DNA of 35,207 bases, from positions 1-35,207 of IMG/VR virus record IMGVR_UViG_3300025639_000010. The stretch is one strand, 5' to 3'. The stretch is from a virus. Taxonomy: Duplodnaviria; Caudoviricetes. The notes beneath the pieces are model-generated. The model ran no database searches, was not told where the DNA came from, and was given only the letters and a program-made list of their open reading frames with translations. Shown here in pieces: positions 15,644 to 24,813 of the stretch (within the stretch, counting starts at the first letter, position 1; every line of letters begins with the position of its first letter). A program made the position numbers and the translations under genes.

Positions 15644-16399
15644 ATGAAAGCACTGGTAGATGCAGACAGCATCGTGTACAAGTACGCCAGTATTCATCAG
15701 GATGTGGTTCAGTGGGACTCAGAAACTAAGACAGTATTTACAGACTTAGCCTTAGCTAAGGAAGGTTTTAATCTACATGTAGAGAGCATACTACGCAAGA
15801 CTAAAACAACAAGTGCTTTACTAGTCATGAGTCCTACTACTAACTTCAGGTATAAGGTATTGGATACTTACAAGTGGAATAGGAAGCCAAGTGAGAACCC
15901 ATTACAATTACTTATGCCACTGAAGAGGTGGGTGTATGAGACTTTTGATACTTATGTACCCTGCTACGTGGAAGCTGATGACTACTGTGTGTGGAGAATG
16001 TTAAAAGAACCTAAGCAATGGGTACTATGTCATATAGACAAGGACTTAAATCAAGCTAAGGGTAAGCATTACAACTACACAACAGAGAGGGGATACCATG
16101 TAACACAAGAAGAAGGGGAGTACAAGTTCTACGAACAGGTGCTATCAGGAGACAGTAGTGATGGGTACAAAGGATGTCCTAGTATAGGAGCTAAACGTAC
16201 TGCTGTTATACTTGACCCTGACAACTTAAAGAAGAACAAACAAACACGTTGGGAAGCTGTGGTTGCTACTTACGAAAGTAAGGGGTTGACTGAAGCAGAT
16301 GCATTACAACAAGCTAGAGTGGCTAAAATGCTCACGCCTGATGAGTACGATGGGTACGATTCAATTAAACTATGGACACCTACTAAGGGGGATAAATGA
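15644..16399 (+). CDS. 5'-3' exonuclease (gp6-like)
   Basis: DADS, NFRY, YKWNR, EADD, DKDL, GDSSDGYKGCPSIG. Confidence 0.93.
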   Translation: MKALVDADSIVYKYASIHQDVVQWDSETKTVFTDLALAKEGFNLHVESILRKTKTTSALLVMSPTTNFRYKVLDTYKWNRKPSENPLQLLMPLKRWVYETFDTYVPCYVEADDYCVWRMLKEPKQWVLCHIDKDLNQAKGKHYNYTTERGYHVTQEEGEYKFYEQVLSGDSSDGYKGCPSIGAKRTAVILDPDNLKKNKQTRWEAVVATYESKGLTEADALQQARVAKMLTPDEYDGYDSIKLWTPTKGDK

Positions 16400-18165
16400 C
16401 TGAACTAAGAGTAGAGCACAATATAGTTATAGACTATGCGAGGGATGATTTACTGAGTGACTTCAGTAAGGCAACTTTAAAGGACAGGTATTTAAAAGAA
16501 GGGGAGTCACCACAAGATGCGTTTGCACGTACAGCACATGCTTTCAGTGATTCAGACACGATGGCACAACGTATCTACGACTACGCCAGTAAGTTATGGT
16601 TTAGTTTTAGTACACCAGTACTAGCTAACAGTAGCAAGAACAACAAGGGGTTACCTATCAGTTGTTTCTTAAGCTACGTAGATGATAGTATTAAAGGACT
16701 CAACGATCATACACTAGAATCTAGGTTACTGTCCGTTGCAGGTGGAGGAGTAGGAGCACACTGGTCTGATGTTAGGGGTAACAACGTCAAGAGCGGTGGT
16801 GTTATTCCGTTCTTAAAGACACAGGATGCTGACGTATTAGCGTACCATCAAGGTAGCACTAGGCGTGGGGCATATGCGGCATACATGCACATACGTCACC
16901 CTGACGCTCAAGAGTTCATGAGTATCCGTAAGCCTACAGGTGGAGACAGTAATCGTAAGAGCTTGAACATACATCACGGTATTGTTATTAACCAAGAGTT
17001 CTTAGACGCTGTACGACACGATGCTGACTGGTACTTTGTAGCACCTGAGACAGGTAAGGTTACTGGTAAAGAAAAGGCTAGGGAACTGTACAAGACTATC
17101 TTGACTACACGCCACCAGACAGGTGAGCCTTACATCATGAATGAGGACGTAGTACATGACCTACAACCAGTTGCACACAAGGAACGTAACTTAAAAGTAC
17201 ATGGCAGTAATCTGTGTGCTGAGATAATGCTACCTACTAATGAAGAACGTACTGCTGTTTGTTGTTTGAGTTCATTGAACTTAGAGAAGTATGATGAGTG
17301 GAAGGATACATTCATTGTTGCTGACTTAGTGAGGTTCTTAGACAACGTGTTACAGTTCTTTATAGATACTGCGGAGTCAGAAGACTACAAGAAGGCTGTT
17401 TACTCAGCAGTACAGGAGCGTAGTATCGGTATTGGTGCTATGGGTTTCCATTCGTTACTACAGAAGAGGGGTATTCCATTTGAGTCAGCACTAGCAGTGT
17501 CTATAAACAGGACTATATTCAGGGACATAAAGTACAGTGCATCCCGTGCAAGTGAGAGGTTAGGAACAGAGCGAGGAGTGCCTAATGATATTAAAGGAAC
17601 GATGGATACTGACCGTAGGAACACTCATCTTCTTGCTATTGCTCCTAACGCTAGTAGTAGTATTATTGTCGGTACGAGTCCTAGTATTGAGCCTTACAAA
17701 GCTAATGCTTTCCTGCAAAAGACAGCTAGTGGTAGTTTCGTTGTACGTAACAAGTACTTACAAGAAGTACTAGAGCAGTACTATACAGACGATACCCGTA
17801 TGACCTTAGATGAGTGTTGGCAGTCTATACTAGGTAACAACGGAAGCGTACAACATTTAGAGCAACTGACAGAGTGGGAGAAGGATGTATTTAAAACAGC
17901 TATTGAGATCAATCAGTCGTGGGTAGTACAACACGCAGTAGATCGACAACCCTATGTGTGTCAAAGTCAAAGTGTTAACTTGTTCTTTCCTCCTGAAGTG
18001 GAGTGGTACTATCTACACAAGGTGCACTGGAAAGCTATGACTGAGCTTAAGAGTTTGTATTATCTAAGGACAGAAGCTACAAGTAGAGCAGAGAATGTAA
18101 GTAAGCAGATCACACGTAACGTGATACAAACAGATGAATCAGACTGCCTAGCATGTGAGGGGTGA
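16396..18165 (+). CDS. nrdA: ribonucleotide reductase class I alpha subunit (no ATP cone)
   Basis: FSTPVLAN, LPISCF, SNLCAEI, VCCLSSLN, APNASSS, SLYY, C-terminal CLACEG. Confidence 0.95.
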   Translation: MTELRVEHNIVIDYARDDLLSDFSKATLKDRYLKEGESPQDAFARTAHAFSDSDTMAQRIYDYASKLWFSFSTPVLANSSKNNKGLPISCFLSYVDDSIKGLNDHTLESRLLSVAGGGVGAHWSDVRGNNVKSGGVIPFLKTQDADVLAYHQGSTRRGAYAAYMHIRHPDAQEFMSIRKPTGGDSNRKSLNIHHGIVINQEFLDAVRHDADWYFVAPETGKVTGKEKARELYKTILTTRHQTGEPYIMNEDVVHDLQPVAHKERNLKVHGSNLCAEIMLPTNEERTAVCCLSSLNLEKYDEWKDTFIVADLVRFLDNVLQFFIDTAESEDYKKAVYSAVQERSIGIGAMGFHSLLQKRGIPFESALAVSINRTIFRDIKYSASRASERLGTERGVPNDIKGTMDTDRRNTHLLAIAPNASSSIIVGTSPSIEPYKANAFLQKTASGSFVVRNKYLQEVLEQYYTDDTRMTLDECWQSILGNNGSVQHLEQLTEWEKDVFKTAIEINQSWVVQHAVDRQPYVCQSQSVNLFFPPEVEWYYLHKVHWKAMTELKSLYYLRTEATSRAENVSKQITRNVIQTDESDCLACEG

Positions 18166-18167
18166 CA

Positions 18168-18851
18168 ATGGAAGTACAATTAATAGACTATATGGGTGAC
18201 GATCTGACTGTGGTCAATGCGGCTAGAGTTAGTATGGATAAGGAAAGTGATTGGAGACAAAACAAACACTTAAATTGGGTCATAAAAGAAGAAGACAAGA
18301 AGCTAATTAAATACTTAGCTAAACATAAGCACTGGACACCGTTTGCACATCCACATATAACACTACGAGTGAAAGCACCTGTGTTTGTCAGAGTCCAGTG
18401 TTTTAAACACAAGGTAGGGTTTACAGAGAACGAGATTAGTAGGCGGTATGTAAGTAGTGAGCCTACGTTTCATAGACCAAGAGAGTGGCGTAAGAGAGCT
18501 ACTAGTATTAAACAAGGGAGTAGTGATGAAATCATTGATGCGTTACCTAACCTCAACAAGACAGTCAGAGAAGCGTATGACTACTTGCTACTTCATAGTC
18601 TTAATCTGTACAATGAGTTACTTGACGAGGGTGTATGTCCAGAACAGGCAAGGATGGTACTACCACAGAGCATGGAAACGGAATGGTATTGGACAGGCTC
18701 ACTTGCATCATTTGCTAGGTTTGTTAAACAAAGGACTCATGCAACTAGCCAACGTGAAACTAGTATTATTGCTAGAAAATGTGCCGCCCTTATCCAACCT
18801 TTATACCCAGAAGCGTGGAGGGCTTTAATGCATGAAGACAGCGAAGAATGA
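18168..18851 (+). CDS. thyX: flavin-dependent thymidylate synthase
   Basis: VVNAARVS, H.TPF, KH..GF.ENEISRRY, EQARMVLPQ; start could be GTG 18162. Confidence 0.93.
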   Translation: MEVQLIDYMGDDLTVVNAARVSMDKESDWRQNKHLNWVIKEEDKKLIKYLAKHKHWTPFAHPHITLRVKAPVFVRVQCFKHKVGFTENEISRRYVSSEPTFHRPREWRKRATSIKQGSSDEIIDALPNLNKTVREAYDYLLLHSLNLYNELLDEGVCPEQARMVLPQSMETEWYWTGSLASFARFVKQRTHATSQRETSIIARKCAALIQPLYPEAWRALMHEDSEE

Positions 18852-19089
18852 TATAACTGGTGACAAACTGGTTACCAAAACAACAGACAAGTACAGAGAG
18901 AACTATGACGCTATCTTTCATACAGCGCAAGTAACACTTACTGAGCCAGATACACCAAGCAAAGGTAAGATGTGTCTACCTGAAGAAGGAGGGAACAGGG
19001 TAGCTTGTATTAGTTATGAAGACTTTAAGCGGTACGGGTGGGATCGTAAGTATATGTGGTTTGAACCAAAGAAGGAGAGTAAACAATGA
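18832..19089 (+). CDS. conserved hypothetical phage protein
   Basis: TAKNDITGD...YRENYDAIF motif, GGAGG RBS. Confidence 0.7.
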   Translation: MKTAKNDITGDKLVTKTTDKYRENYDAIFHTAQVTLTEPDTPSKGKMCLPEEGGNRVACISYEDFKRYGWDRKYMWFEPKKESKQ

Positions 19090-19211
19090 AAGACAAGTAT
19101 GACTTTATGTACGGGGTAAATAAGCCTAAACATTTACCAACACCTGACGAGATATTTGATTGGGCATGTATCTTCTTAGCAGGATTCACAGTGGGTGTGA
19201 TTCTATTTTAG
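19086..19211 (+). CDS. small membrane protein (41 aa, not in ORF track)
   Basis: AAGGAG RBS, ATGA overlap; MKDKYDF...WACIFLAGFTVGVILF. Confidence 0.6.
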   Translation: MKDKYDFMYGVNKPKHLPTPDEIFDWACIFLAGFTVGVILF

Positions 19212-19243
19212 ATTGAAGAGCAGTACTAGACACACCTAGCTAA

Positions 19244-19263
19244 GTTTAGCTTGCAATCCAAAC
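19244..19263. repeat. 20-bp palindromic repeat copy 15
   Basis: GTTTAGCTTGCAATCCAAAC, upstream of nrdB. Confidence 0.95.
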
Positions 19264-19284
19264 TACAGTAACAAGGAGACTGAA

Positions 19285-20280
19285 ATGAATAACAGTAACA
19301 TATTTAGACAGCGTGAGTCATATAGACCATTCAAGTATGAGTGGGCTTATGAGATGTTTAAAGAGCATGAGAAGATGCACTGGACTAGTGAAGAAATACC
19401 ACTACATGAGGATGTTAAAGATTGGCAGACTGTACTTACGGAGGACGAGAAGTTCTTGATTCGTAACATACTACTGTTGTTTACACAAGCTGATGTAGAT
19501 GTAGCTACTGGTTACTACGACAAGCTAATTCCTTTGTTCCCTAGCCCAGAGTTAAGGATGATGATGGGGTCTTTCGCTAACCGTGAAGCTACTCACATTG
19601 ATGCTTACTCATTGCTTACTGACACATTAGGGTTTAGTGAAGACATATACAGTGAGTTCAGGGACTATCCTGTGATGGCACGTAAGCATGATTACATAGG
19701 TAAGTTTAACCCCTCCAAGTGGCATCCTACTGACGTAGCTAAAACACTAGCTGTGTACTCAGGGTTCACAGAGGGACTTCAACTGTTTAGTTCCTTTGCT
19801 ATGTTACTTAACTTCCAACGCTTCGGTAAGATGAAGAATATGGGAGTAGTAGTAGAGTGGTCTATCAAGGATGAGACTAAGCACATAGAAGGCATGACAA
19901 CAGTGTTCCGTACTCTCATTAAAGAGAACCCTAAGCTGTGGACTGATGACTTTAAACTGGAACTGTATACGATAGCTAGAGAAATGGTAGAGCTAGAGGA
20001 CGCATTTATAGACATGTGTTTTAGTAAGGGCAGTATAGAAGGTATTACTAGTAGTGAAATGAAGCAGTACATACGTTACATAGCAGATCGTAGGCTTATG
20101 CAACTAGGTCTTAAAGCTAATTGGGAAGTAGAGTCTAATCCGTTACCTTGGATTGATGAGCTACTAGGTAGTGTAGTACACACTAACTTCTTTGAAGCAC
20201 GTAGCACAGAGTACAGTAAAGGGGGAGTCAAAGGAGACTTCAAAACACTAACATTCCCGAAGATCAAGGGTAATAAGTAA
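19285..20280 (+). CDS. nrdB: ribonucleotide reductase class I beta subunit
   Basis: FTQADVDV, EATHIDAYS, EGLQLFSSF, DETKH, NFFE..TEY. Confidence 0.96.
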   Translation: MNNSNIFRQRESYRPFKYEWAYEMFKEHEKMHWTSEEIPLHEDVKDWQTVLTEDEKFLIRNILLLFTQADVDVATGYYDKLIPLFPSPELRMMMGSFANREATHIDAYSLLTDTLGFSEDIYSEFRDYPVMARKHDYIGKFNPSKWHPTDVAKTLAVYSGFTEGLQLFSSFAMLLNFQRFGKMKNMGVVVEWSIKDETKHIEGMTTVFRTLIKENPKLWTDDFKLELYTIAREMVELEDAFIDMCFSKGSIEGITSSEMKQYIRYIADRRLMQLGLKANWEVESNPLPWIDELLGSVVHTNFFEARSTEYSKGGVKGDFKTLTFPKIKGNK

Positions 20281-20293
20281 AAGGACACTATAT
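20278..20293 (+). promoter_or_regulatory. candidate phage RNAP promoter (late)
   Basis: TAAAAGGACACTATAT at the start of the structural module; matches 9328-9343. Confidence 0.5.
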
Positions 20294-20294
20294 A

Positions 20295-20471
20295 ATGGAC
20301 AAATTACCATCACAAACCGTTGATTTAATAACACAATTAGACAAGATGTATCCTGACAACTTCCCTATTAACGACTTAGGTATTACTAGTCCTTATGAAA
20401 TGGGTAAGAAAGCAGGAGTCATAGAGCTAATACGACTATTCAAACACTTACAAGAGAAAGGAGAATCCTGA
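20295..20471 (+). CDS. small conserved protein preceding the virion genes (58 aa, not in ORF track)
   Basis: MDKLPSQTVDLITQLDKMYPD...KAGVIELIRLFK; typical position in T7-like phages. Confidence 0.7.
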   Translation: MDKLPSQTVDLITQLDKMYPDNFPINDLGITSPYEMGKKAGVIELIRLFKHLQEKGES

Positions 20472-20472
20472 T

Positions 20473-20679
20473 ATGGGAGGAACACCAGAAGTACCTGCAC
20501 CACCACCACAGAGTCCTGCACCACCCCCTGAACAGCCTGTAGAAGAAGCTATCTTTTCGCCTACAGCAGATGAGTCAAGTGACAAAGAGAAGAAGTTAAA
20601 GGCTATTAAGTTAGGTAAGAAACGACTACAAGTACCTGTATCAGGTGGCACTAAAGCAGGCGTAAATAGGAGTACTTAG
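20473..20679 (+). CDS. small virion protein (gp6.7/gp7.3-like)
   Basis: MGG start, Pro-rich, GKKRLQV..GVN; located upstream of portal. Confidence 0.65.
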   Translation: MGGTPEVPAPPPQSPAPPPEQPVEEAIFSPTADESSDKEKKLKAIKLGKKRLQVPVSGGTKAGVNRST

Positions 20680-20681
20680 AT

Positions 20682-20885
20682 ATGGCAGGTTTAGCAGATG
20701 ATGATGATGTGCAATATGTAAAGACCCCTGCTCCTTTAGCGATGGGAGGTACTATGGCAGAGACTGAGAAGTTTAAACCAACACCTGCTACTCCTAAACC
20801 TGTAGTAAACAAAGGTAAAGGGAAGTTAAAGATAACACCTAAGAAAACAGACTCAGGAATGGGCGTAAACACAGGGTACAAATAG
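20682..20885 (+). CDS. small virion protein (gp6.7/gp7.3-like paralogue)
   Basis: MGGT, GKGKLKI..GVN; located upstream of portal. Confidence 0.6.
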   Translation: MAGLADDDDVQYVKTPAPLAMGGTMAETEKFKPTPATPKPVVNKGKGKLKITPKKTDSGMGVNTGYK

Positions 20886-20904
20886 ATAAGAGGTTCAATA
20901 TAAA

Positions 20905-22413
20905 ATGGCAATAGAGCAGGAAGAAACAACGTCTCTAAAGTCTAGGTGGTCTAAGTTAGAAACCAGTAAGACTACAGTACTTGACAGAGGTCGAGCCTGT
21001 GCAGAGCTTACTATTCCTTCCTTACTTACTAAACAGGGACATAAGGAGCAAGATACATTACCTACTCCTTATCAGTCCTTGGGTAGTAGGGCTATTAACC
21101 ATCTAGCAAGTAAGTTACTACTTACTTTACTCCCTCCAAACGCTCCTTTCTTTAGGCTTATACCTAACAAGGAAGAGACAGCACCACTAGATGAAGTTCA
21201 ACGAGCAGAGTTAGACAAGACGCTAGAAGCGTTTGAGCGTGAGCTTTACACATACATCGAAAAGAAAGCATACCGTGTTCCTTTATTTGAAGCCTTAAAG
21301 CTACTGATAGGTACTGGTAACGCTTTGCTACGTCTTGAAGAAGGTACACTCAGAGTATACAACCTAGAAGAATATGTCGTAAAACGTAATGCGCTAGGTA
21401 AAGTAATTGAGATCATTGTAAAAGAAGCAGTACATCCTACTGACGTACCTGAAATAGACCTTACGGAGGAAGAAAATGACCTGTACACATGCTGTAAAAT
21501 CATGGAAGACGGGAAATACCATGTTTATCAAGAGGTCAATGAAGAACCTGTACCGAGTTCCGAAGGTATTGTCAAAGCAGAAGATATACCCTTCCTCGCT
21601 CTACGGTGGACAGCTATCAACGGTGAGAATTATGGTAGAGGTCTAGTAGAACAGTACTTAGGTGACTTACGAAGTCTTGAAGCCTTAAGCCAAGCAATGG
21701 TTGAAGGAGCAAGTGCAAGTAGTAAGATCGTGTTTATGGTTGATCCTACCGCTACTACTAGAGCTAAGGATTTAGCCAAAGCTAAGTCGGGTGACTTTGT
21801 TCAGGGACGTATGAATGATGTTACTACTTTACAGGTACAGAAAGGTTCTGATATGCAGATACCATTCCAACTTGCAGAGCAGTTACAACAACGACTAGCG
21901 GCCGCTTTCTTACTTACTGAAGGAGCACGTAGAAACGCAGAGCGTGTAACAGCAGAAGAGATTAGGTTAGTAGCAGGTGAGTTAGAAGATGCACTAGGTG
22001 GTATTTACAGTATCTTAAGTCAAGAGCTTCAGCTACCACTAGTTAAGATCATACTTAAAGACAGTAAAGTAAAACTACCTGATGGACTTGTAGAACCAGT
22101 TATTGTTACTGGACTAGAAGCACTAGGCAGAGGACACGACTACAACAAGTTAGTTATGTTTGCACAGACTTTACAACAACTACTAGGTGCTGAGATATTT
22201 GCTCAAGCTACTAATGTAGATGCTGTTATTGATCGTGTTGCTACTAGCTTAGGCGTAGATGTTACGGGTATTATTAAAGACCCTGAACAACGAGCACAAG
22301 AGCAACAGCAACAGGCACTAGCACAATCAGGACAGGTTGGAGCAGACGCTATGGCACAGTCAGCAGGACAAGCGGCAGGTGCAGGTGGTGCTCAAGCAGT
22401 GATGGGTGGTTAA
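20905..22413 (+). CDS. head-tail connector / portal (gp8-like)
   Basis: LTIPSL, PYQSLGSRAINHLASKL, YGRGLVE, RVTAEEIR, LEALGRG. Confidence 0.97.
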   Translation: MAIEQEETTSLKSRWSKLETSKTTVLDRGRACAELTIPSLLTKQGHKEQDTLPTPYQSLGSRAINHLASKLLLTLLPPNAPFFRLIPNKEETAPLDEVQRAELDKTLEAFERELYTYIEKKAYRVPLFEALKLLIGTGNALLRLEEGTLRVYNLEEYVVKRNALGKVIEIIVKEAVHPTDVPEIDLTEEENDLYTCCKIMEDGKYHVYQEVNEEPVPSSEGIVKAEDIPFLALRWTAINGENYGRGLVEQYLGDLRSLEALSQAMVEGASASSKIVFMVDPTATTRAKDLAKAKSGDFVQGRMNDVTTLQVQKGSDMQIPFQLAEQLQQRLAAAFLLTEGARRNAERVTAEEIRLVAGELEDALGGIYSILSQELQLPLVKIILKDSKVKLPDGLVEPVIVTGLEALGRGHDYNKLVMFAQTLQQLLGAEIFAQATNVDAVIDRVATSLGVDVTGIIKDPEQRAQEQQQQALAQSGQVGADAMAQSAGQAAGAGGAQAVMGG

Positions 22414-22418
22414 ACTTA

Positions 22419-22438
22419 GTTTGGATTGCAATCCGAAC
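22419..22438. repeat. 20-bp palindromic repeat copy 16
   Basis: GTTTGGATTGCAATCCGAAC, after the portal gene. Confidence 0.95.
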
Positions 22439-22464
22439 ATACTAAACAAGAGACAATACATACA

Positions 22465-22782
22465 ATGAAAAGATTATTACTACTACTTCCTTTACTACTA
22501 CTATTTAGCGTAGTAACACCAAGTCAAGCAAGTGAAGCGTTTGCAATCAAGATGAAAGACGCAGGTATTCGGTGGACACATGACGCAGATAATATGGGTA
22601 ACTTTATGAGTACTCCTACTAATCAAATGAGGTTGTACACGACTGCTTACGTAGGCAGTAAGTCACATGAAGTACGGGTAGCATGGGATCAGACTAACTT
22701 AGCCGCTCCTTGGGACACATTTAGATCAAGGAACTCTGTAAGTGAAACTGTATTCATGCAGTACCAATACAACTTTAAGTAG
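22465..22782 (+). CDS. secreted / outer-membrane-like small protein
   Basis: Sec signal MKRLLLLLPLLLLFSVVTPSQA; C-terminal alternating aromatic FMQYQYNFK. Confidence 0.7.
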   Translation: MKRLLLLLPLLLLFSVVTPSQASEAFAIKMKDAGIRWTHDADNMGNFMSTPTNQMRLYTTAYVGSKSHEVRVAWDQTNLAAPWDTFRSRNSVSETVFMQYQYNFK

Positions 22783-22839
22783 GCATAGGCATGGGGGAAA
22801 TTAGATACAATGTATATGTACAAGACGAGGAGACACTAG

Positions 22840-23637
22840 ATGGCAGACCTACAGATAAACGAAGCACAAGCGACACAAGCTCCAAACCTAAGCGAACACG
22901 AGCAAGCGATGGTAAACGTGGCAGACGCAAAGGAACAACAAGTAAACGAAAGTCTACGGACTGATGCTGAGAACGCTGAGAATGCACCTCCTGAAGAGGA
23001 AGAGCGCAAGTTAGCAGGAAAGTATAAGTCAGTAGAAGACCTAGAAAAAGCCTATGCTGAATTAGAAACTAAGTTAGGACAACGTGATACACCTTCTGAG
23101 GAAGATACTGAATCACCTACGCCTAATGAAGCTGAAGAAGCAGTGAAGGAAGCAGGATTAGATTTCTCTAGTCTTGAATCTGAGTATGACACTAACGGTC
23201 AACTTAGTGATGATTCATTTAAGAAGTTAGAGCAAGCAGGCATCCCAAGAGAAGCAGTAGACCGATATATCCAAGGACAAGAGTCCATGAATACTGGGTT
23301 TGCTGATCGTGTTCAAGCTGAAGTAGGCGGTGAGCAGGAGTACAACTCTATGGTAGAGTGGGCTAGTAATAACTTAAGCACATCAGAGCAGACAGCTTTT
23401 AATAATGCTTTGACTAATGAAGACTCAGCTAAGTTTGCTGTACAAGGGTTATACAGTAGATTCAAGACAGCTAATCCTAACCTGATCGGAGGTAATCGTA
23501 TCTCTGGCCAGACAACTAACTCTGGTGGATTTGAAACCAAGAGTGAAATGATAAAAGCTATGGGAAGCCACGAGTACAAAACAGACTCTACATATAGAGC
23601 GAGAGTACAGGCTAAACTAGCTAAGTCAAACTTCTAA
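22840..23637 (+). CDS. capsid assembly scaffolding protein (gp9-like)
   Basis: LAGKYKSVEDLEKAY, VGGEQEYNSMVEWA, C-terminal Y..D..YR..V..KL. Confidence 0.93.
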   Translation: MADLQINEAQATQAPNLSEHEQAMVNVADAKEQQVNESLRTDAENAENAPPEEEERKLAGKYKSVEDLEKAYAELETKLGQRDTPSEEDTESPTPNEAEEAVKEAGLDFSSLESEYDTNGQLSDDSFKKLEQAGIPREAVDRYIQGQESMNTGFADRVQAEVGGEQEYNSMVEWASNNLSTSEQTAFNNALTNEDSAKFAVQGLYSRFKTANPNLIGGNRISGQTTNSGGFETKSEMIKAMGSHEYKTDSTYRARVQAKLAKSNF

Positions 23638-23762
23638 GCAAGTATAAGTATGTATAAATGCCCTATTCCTTGGACTGAGGTCTAAAGTAGTAGGACACCG
23701 TTTAAACTAACGTACACGTAAAGGAGATACATTTAATATTTATACATAGGAAATAAAGTAAC

Positions 23763-24686
23763 ATGGCATATACTACAAGTAACCCAGCAGGTGCGGTAGC
23801 ATGGGCGGCAAATGCGGCAGGTAACATTCAAACAGGAACAGACATTGCACTAAAAGTATTTAGTGGTGAAGTCTTAACAGCGTTTGCAAGCAAAAACGTG
23901 TTCATGCCGCTAGTGACTACTAGAACTATCAGCTCTGGTAAGTCAGCACAGTTCCCAGTAATTGGTAACTTAAGCGATGAAAAAGTACACACTCCGGGAA
24001 ATGACATCGTTCCTAGCTCAATTGGGCAAGCAGAACAAGTCATCTCAATCAATGCACGTAGATACAGTTCAGTATTCGTAGATGACTTGCAAGAAGCAAT
24101 GTCTCACTATGAAGTACGTGGACAATACTCTACTGAGATTGGTAACATCCTAGCTAAGAAAGTAGACATTGCAGTAACAGCCCAGTTAGCGGCTTGTACT
24201 ACTGCTACTCCTAAAGTAGGTCAGCCTGCTAAGAATGCCGCTAAAGTATTAGGCTTAACTAATACTCCGGCATTGAAAGCGGCTTTTCCTGACAAGCTAG
24301 TAGAAGCAATGTTTGATACTCAATCTGCTTTCGATAGCAAAGATGTAACTGGTGAGCGTACTTTGGTACTGAACCCTGAAGCATACTACTTGCTTGTACA
24401 GTCTAGTAAAGCGGTTAACCGTGATTGGACTTCAAGTAATGGTGGTATTGATACAGGTAATGTATTCAAGATCGCAGGTGTTCCTATTGTTGTTAGTAAC
24501 AACTTGCCTGCAGGCACATGGGGCTTCATGTTTACACCTCAAGCAGTTGGTGTTGTTAAACTTATTGACATCAAGTCAGAAGCTAACTACATCCCTGAGA
24601 AATTAGGTACTCTACTTGTCTCATCTTATGCGATGGGCGAAGGCGTACTTAACGCAGGTTGTTCACAGCAGTTCACAACTACATAA
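23763..24686 (+). CDS. major capsid protein (gp10-like)
   Basis: ALKVFSGEVLTAF, RTISSGKSAQFPVIG, Y.VR..YS.EIG..LA. Confidence 0.97.
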   Translation: MAYTTSNPAGAVAWAANAAGNIQTGTDIALKVFSGEVLTAFASKNVFMPLVTTRTISSGKSAQFPVIGNLSDEKVHTPGNDIVPSSIGQAEQVISINARRYSSVFVDDLQEAMSHYEVRGQYSTEIGNILAKKVDIAVTAQLAACTTATPKVGQPAKNAAKVLGLTNTPALKAAFPDKLVEAMFDTQSAFDSKDVTGERTLVLNPEAYYLLVQSSKAVNRDWTSSNGGIDTGNVFKIAGVPIVVSNNLPAGTWGFMFTPQAVGVVKLIDIKSEANYIPEKLGTLLVSSYAMGEGVLNAGCSQQFTTT

Positions 24687-24725
24687 TCTTAACCTAGTGT
24701 AAGCTAGGAGTAAGTGTAGGACATA

Positions 24726-24789
24726 GGGATACATTCTAGTTTACGTGCCAACTATGGTTGCGTATGACTAGGGTGTGTCCCTTTTTTTT
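24726..24789 (+). terminator. intrinsic terminator after capsid (T-phi position)
   Basis: GGGATACATTCTAGT...ACTAGGGTGTGTCCC stem with G-U pairs, followed by T8. Confidence 0.85.
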
Positions 24790-24813
24790 CACCTCCTAAA
24801 GTAAGGAGATTTA

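Noticed and set aside
22791-22964. 57-aa basic ORF overlapping the scaffold start in another frame
   Set aside because: Weak RBS, and its composition is explained by the overlap; cannot be supported without comparative data.
24660-24720. T7 10B-like capsid frameshift extension
   Set aside because: No slippery sequence or extended alternative frame before the terminator.
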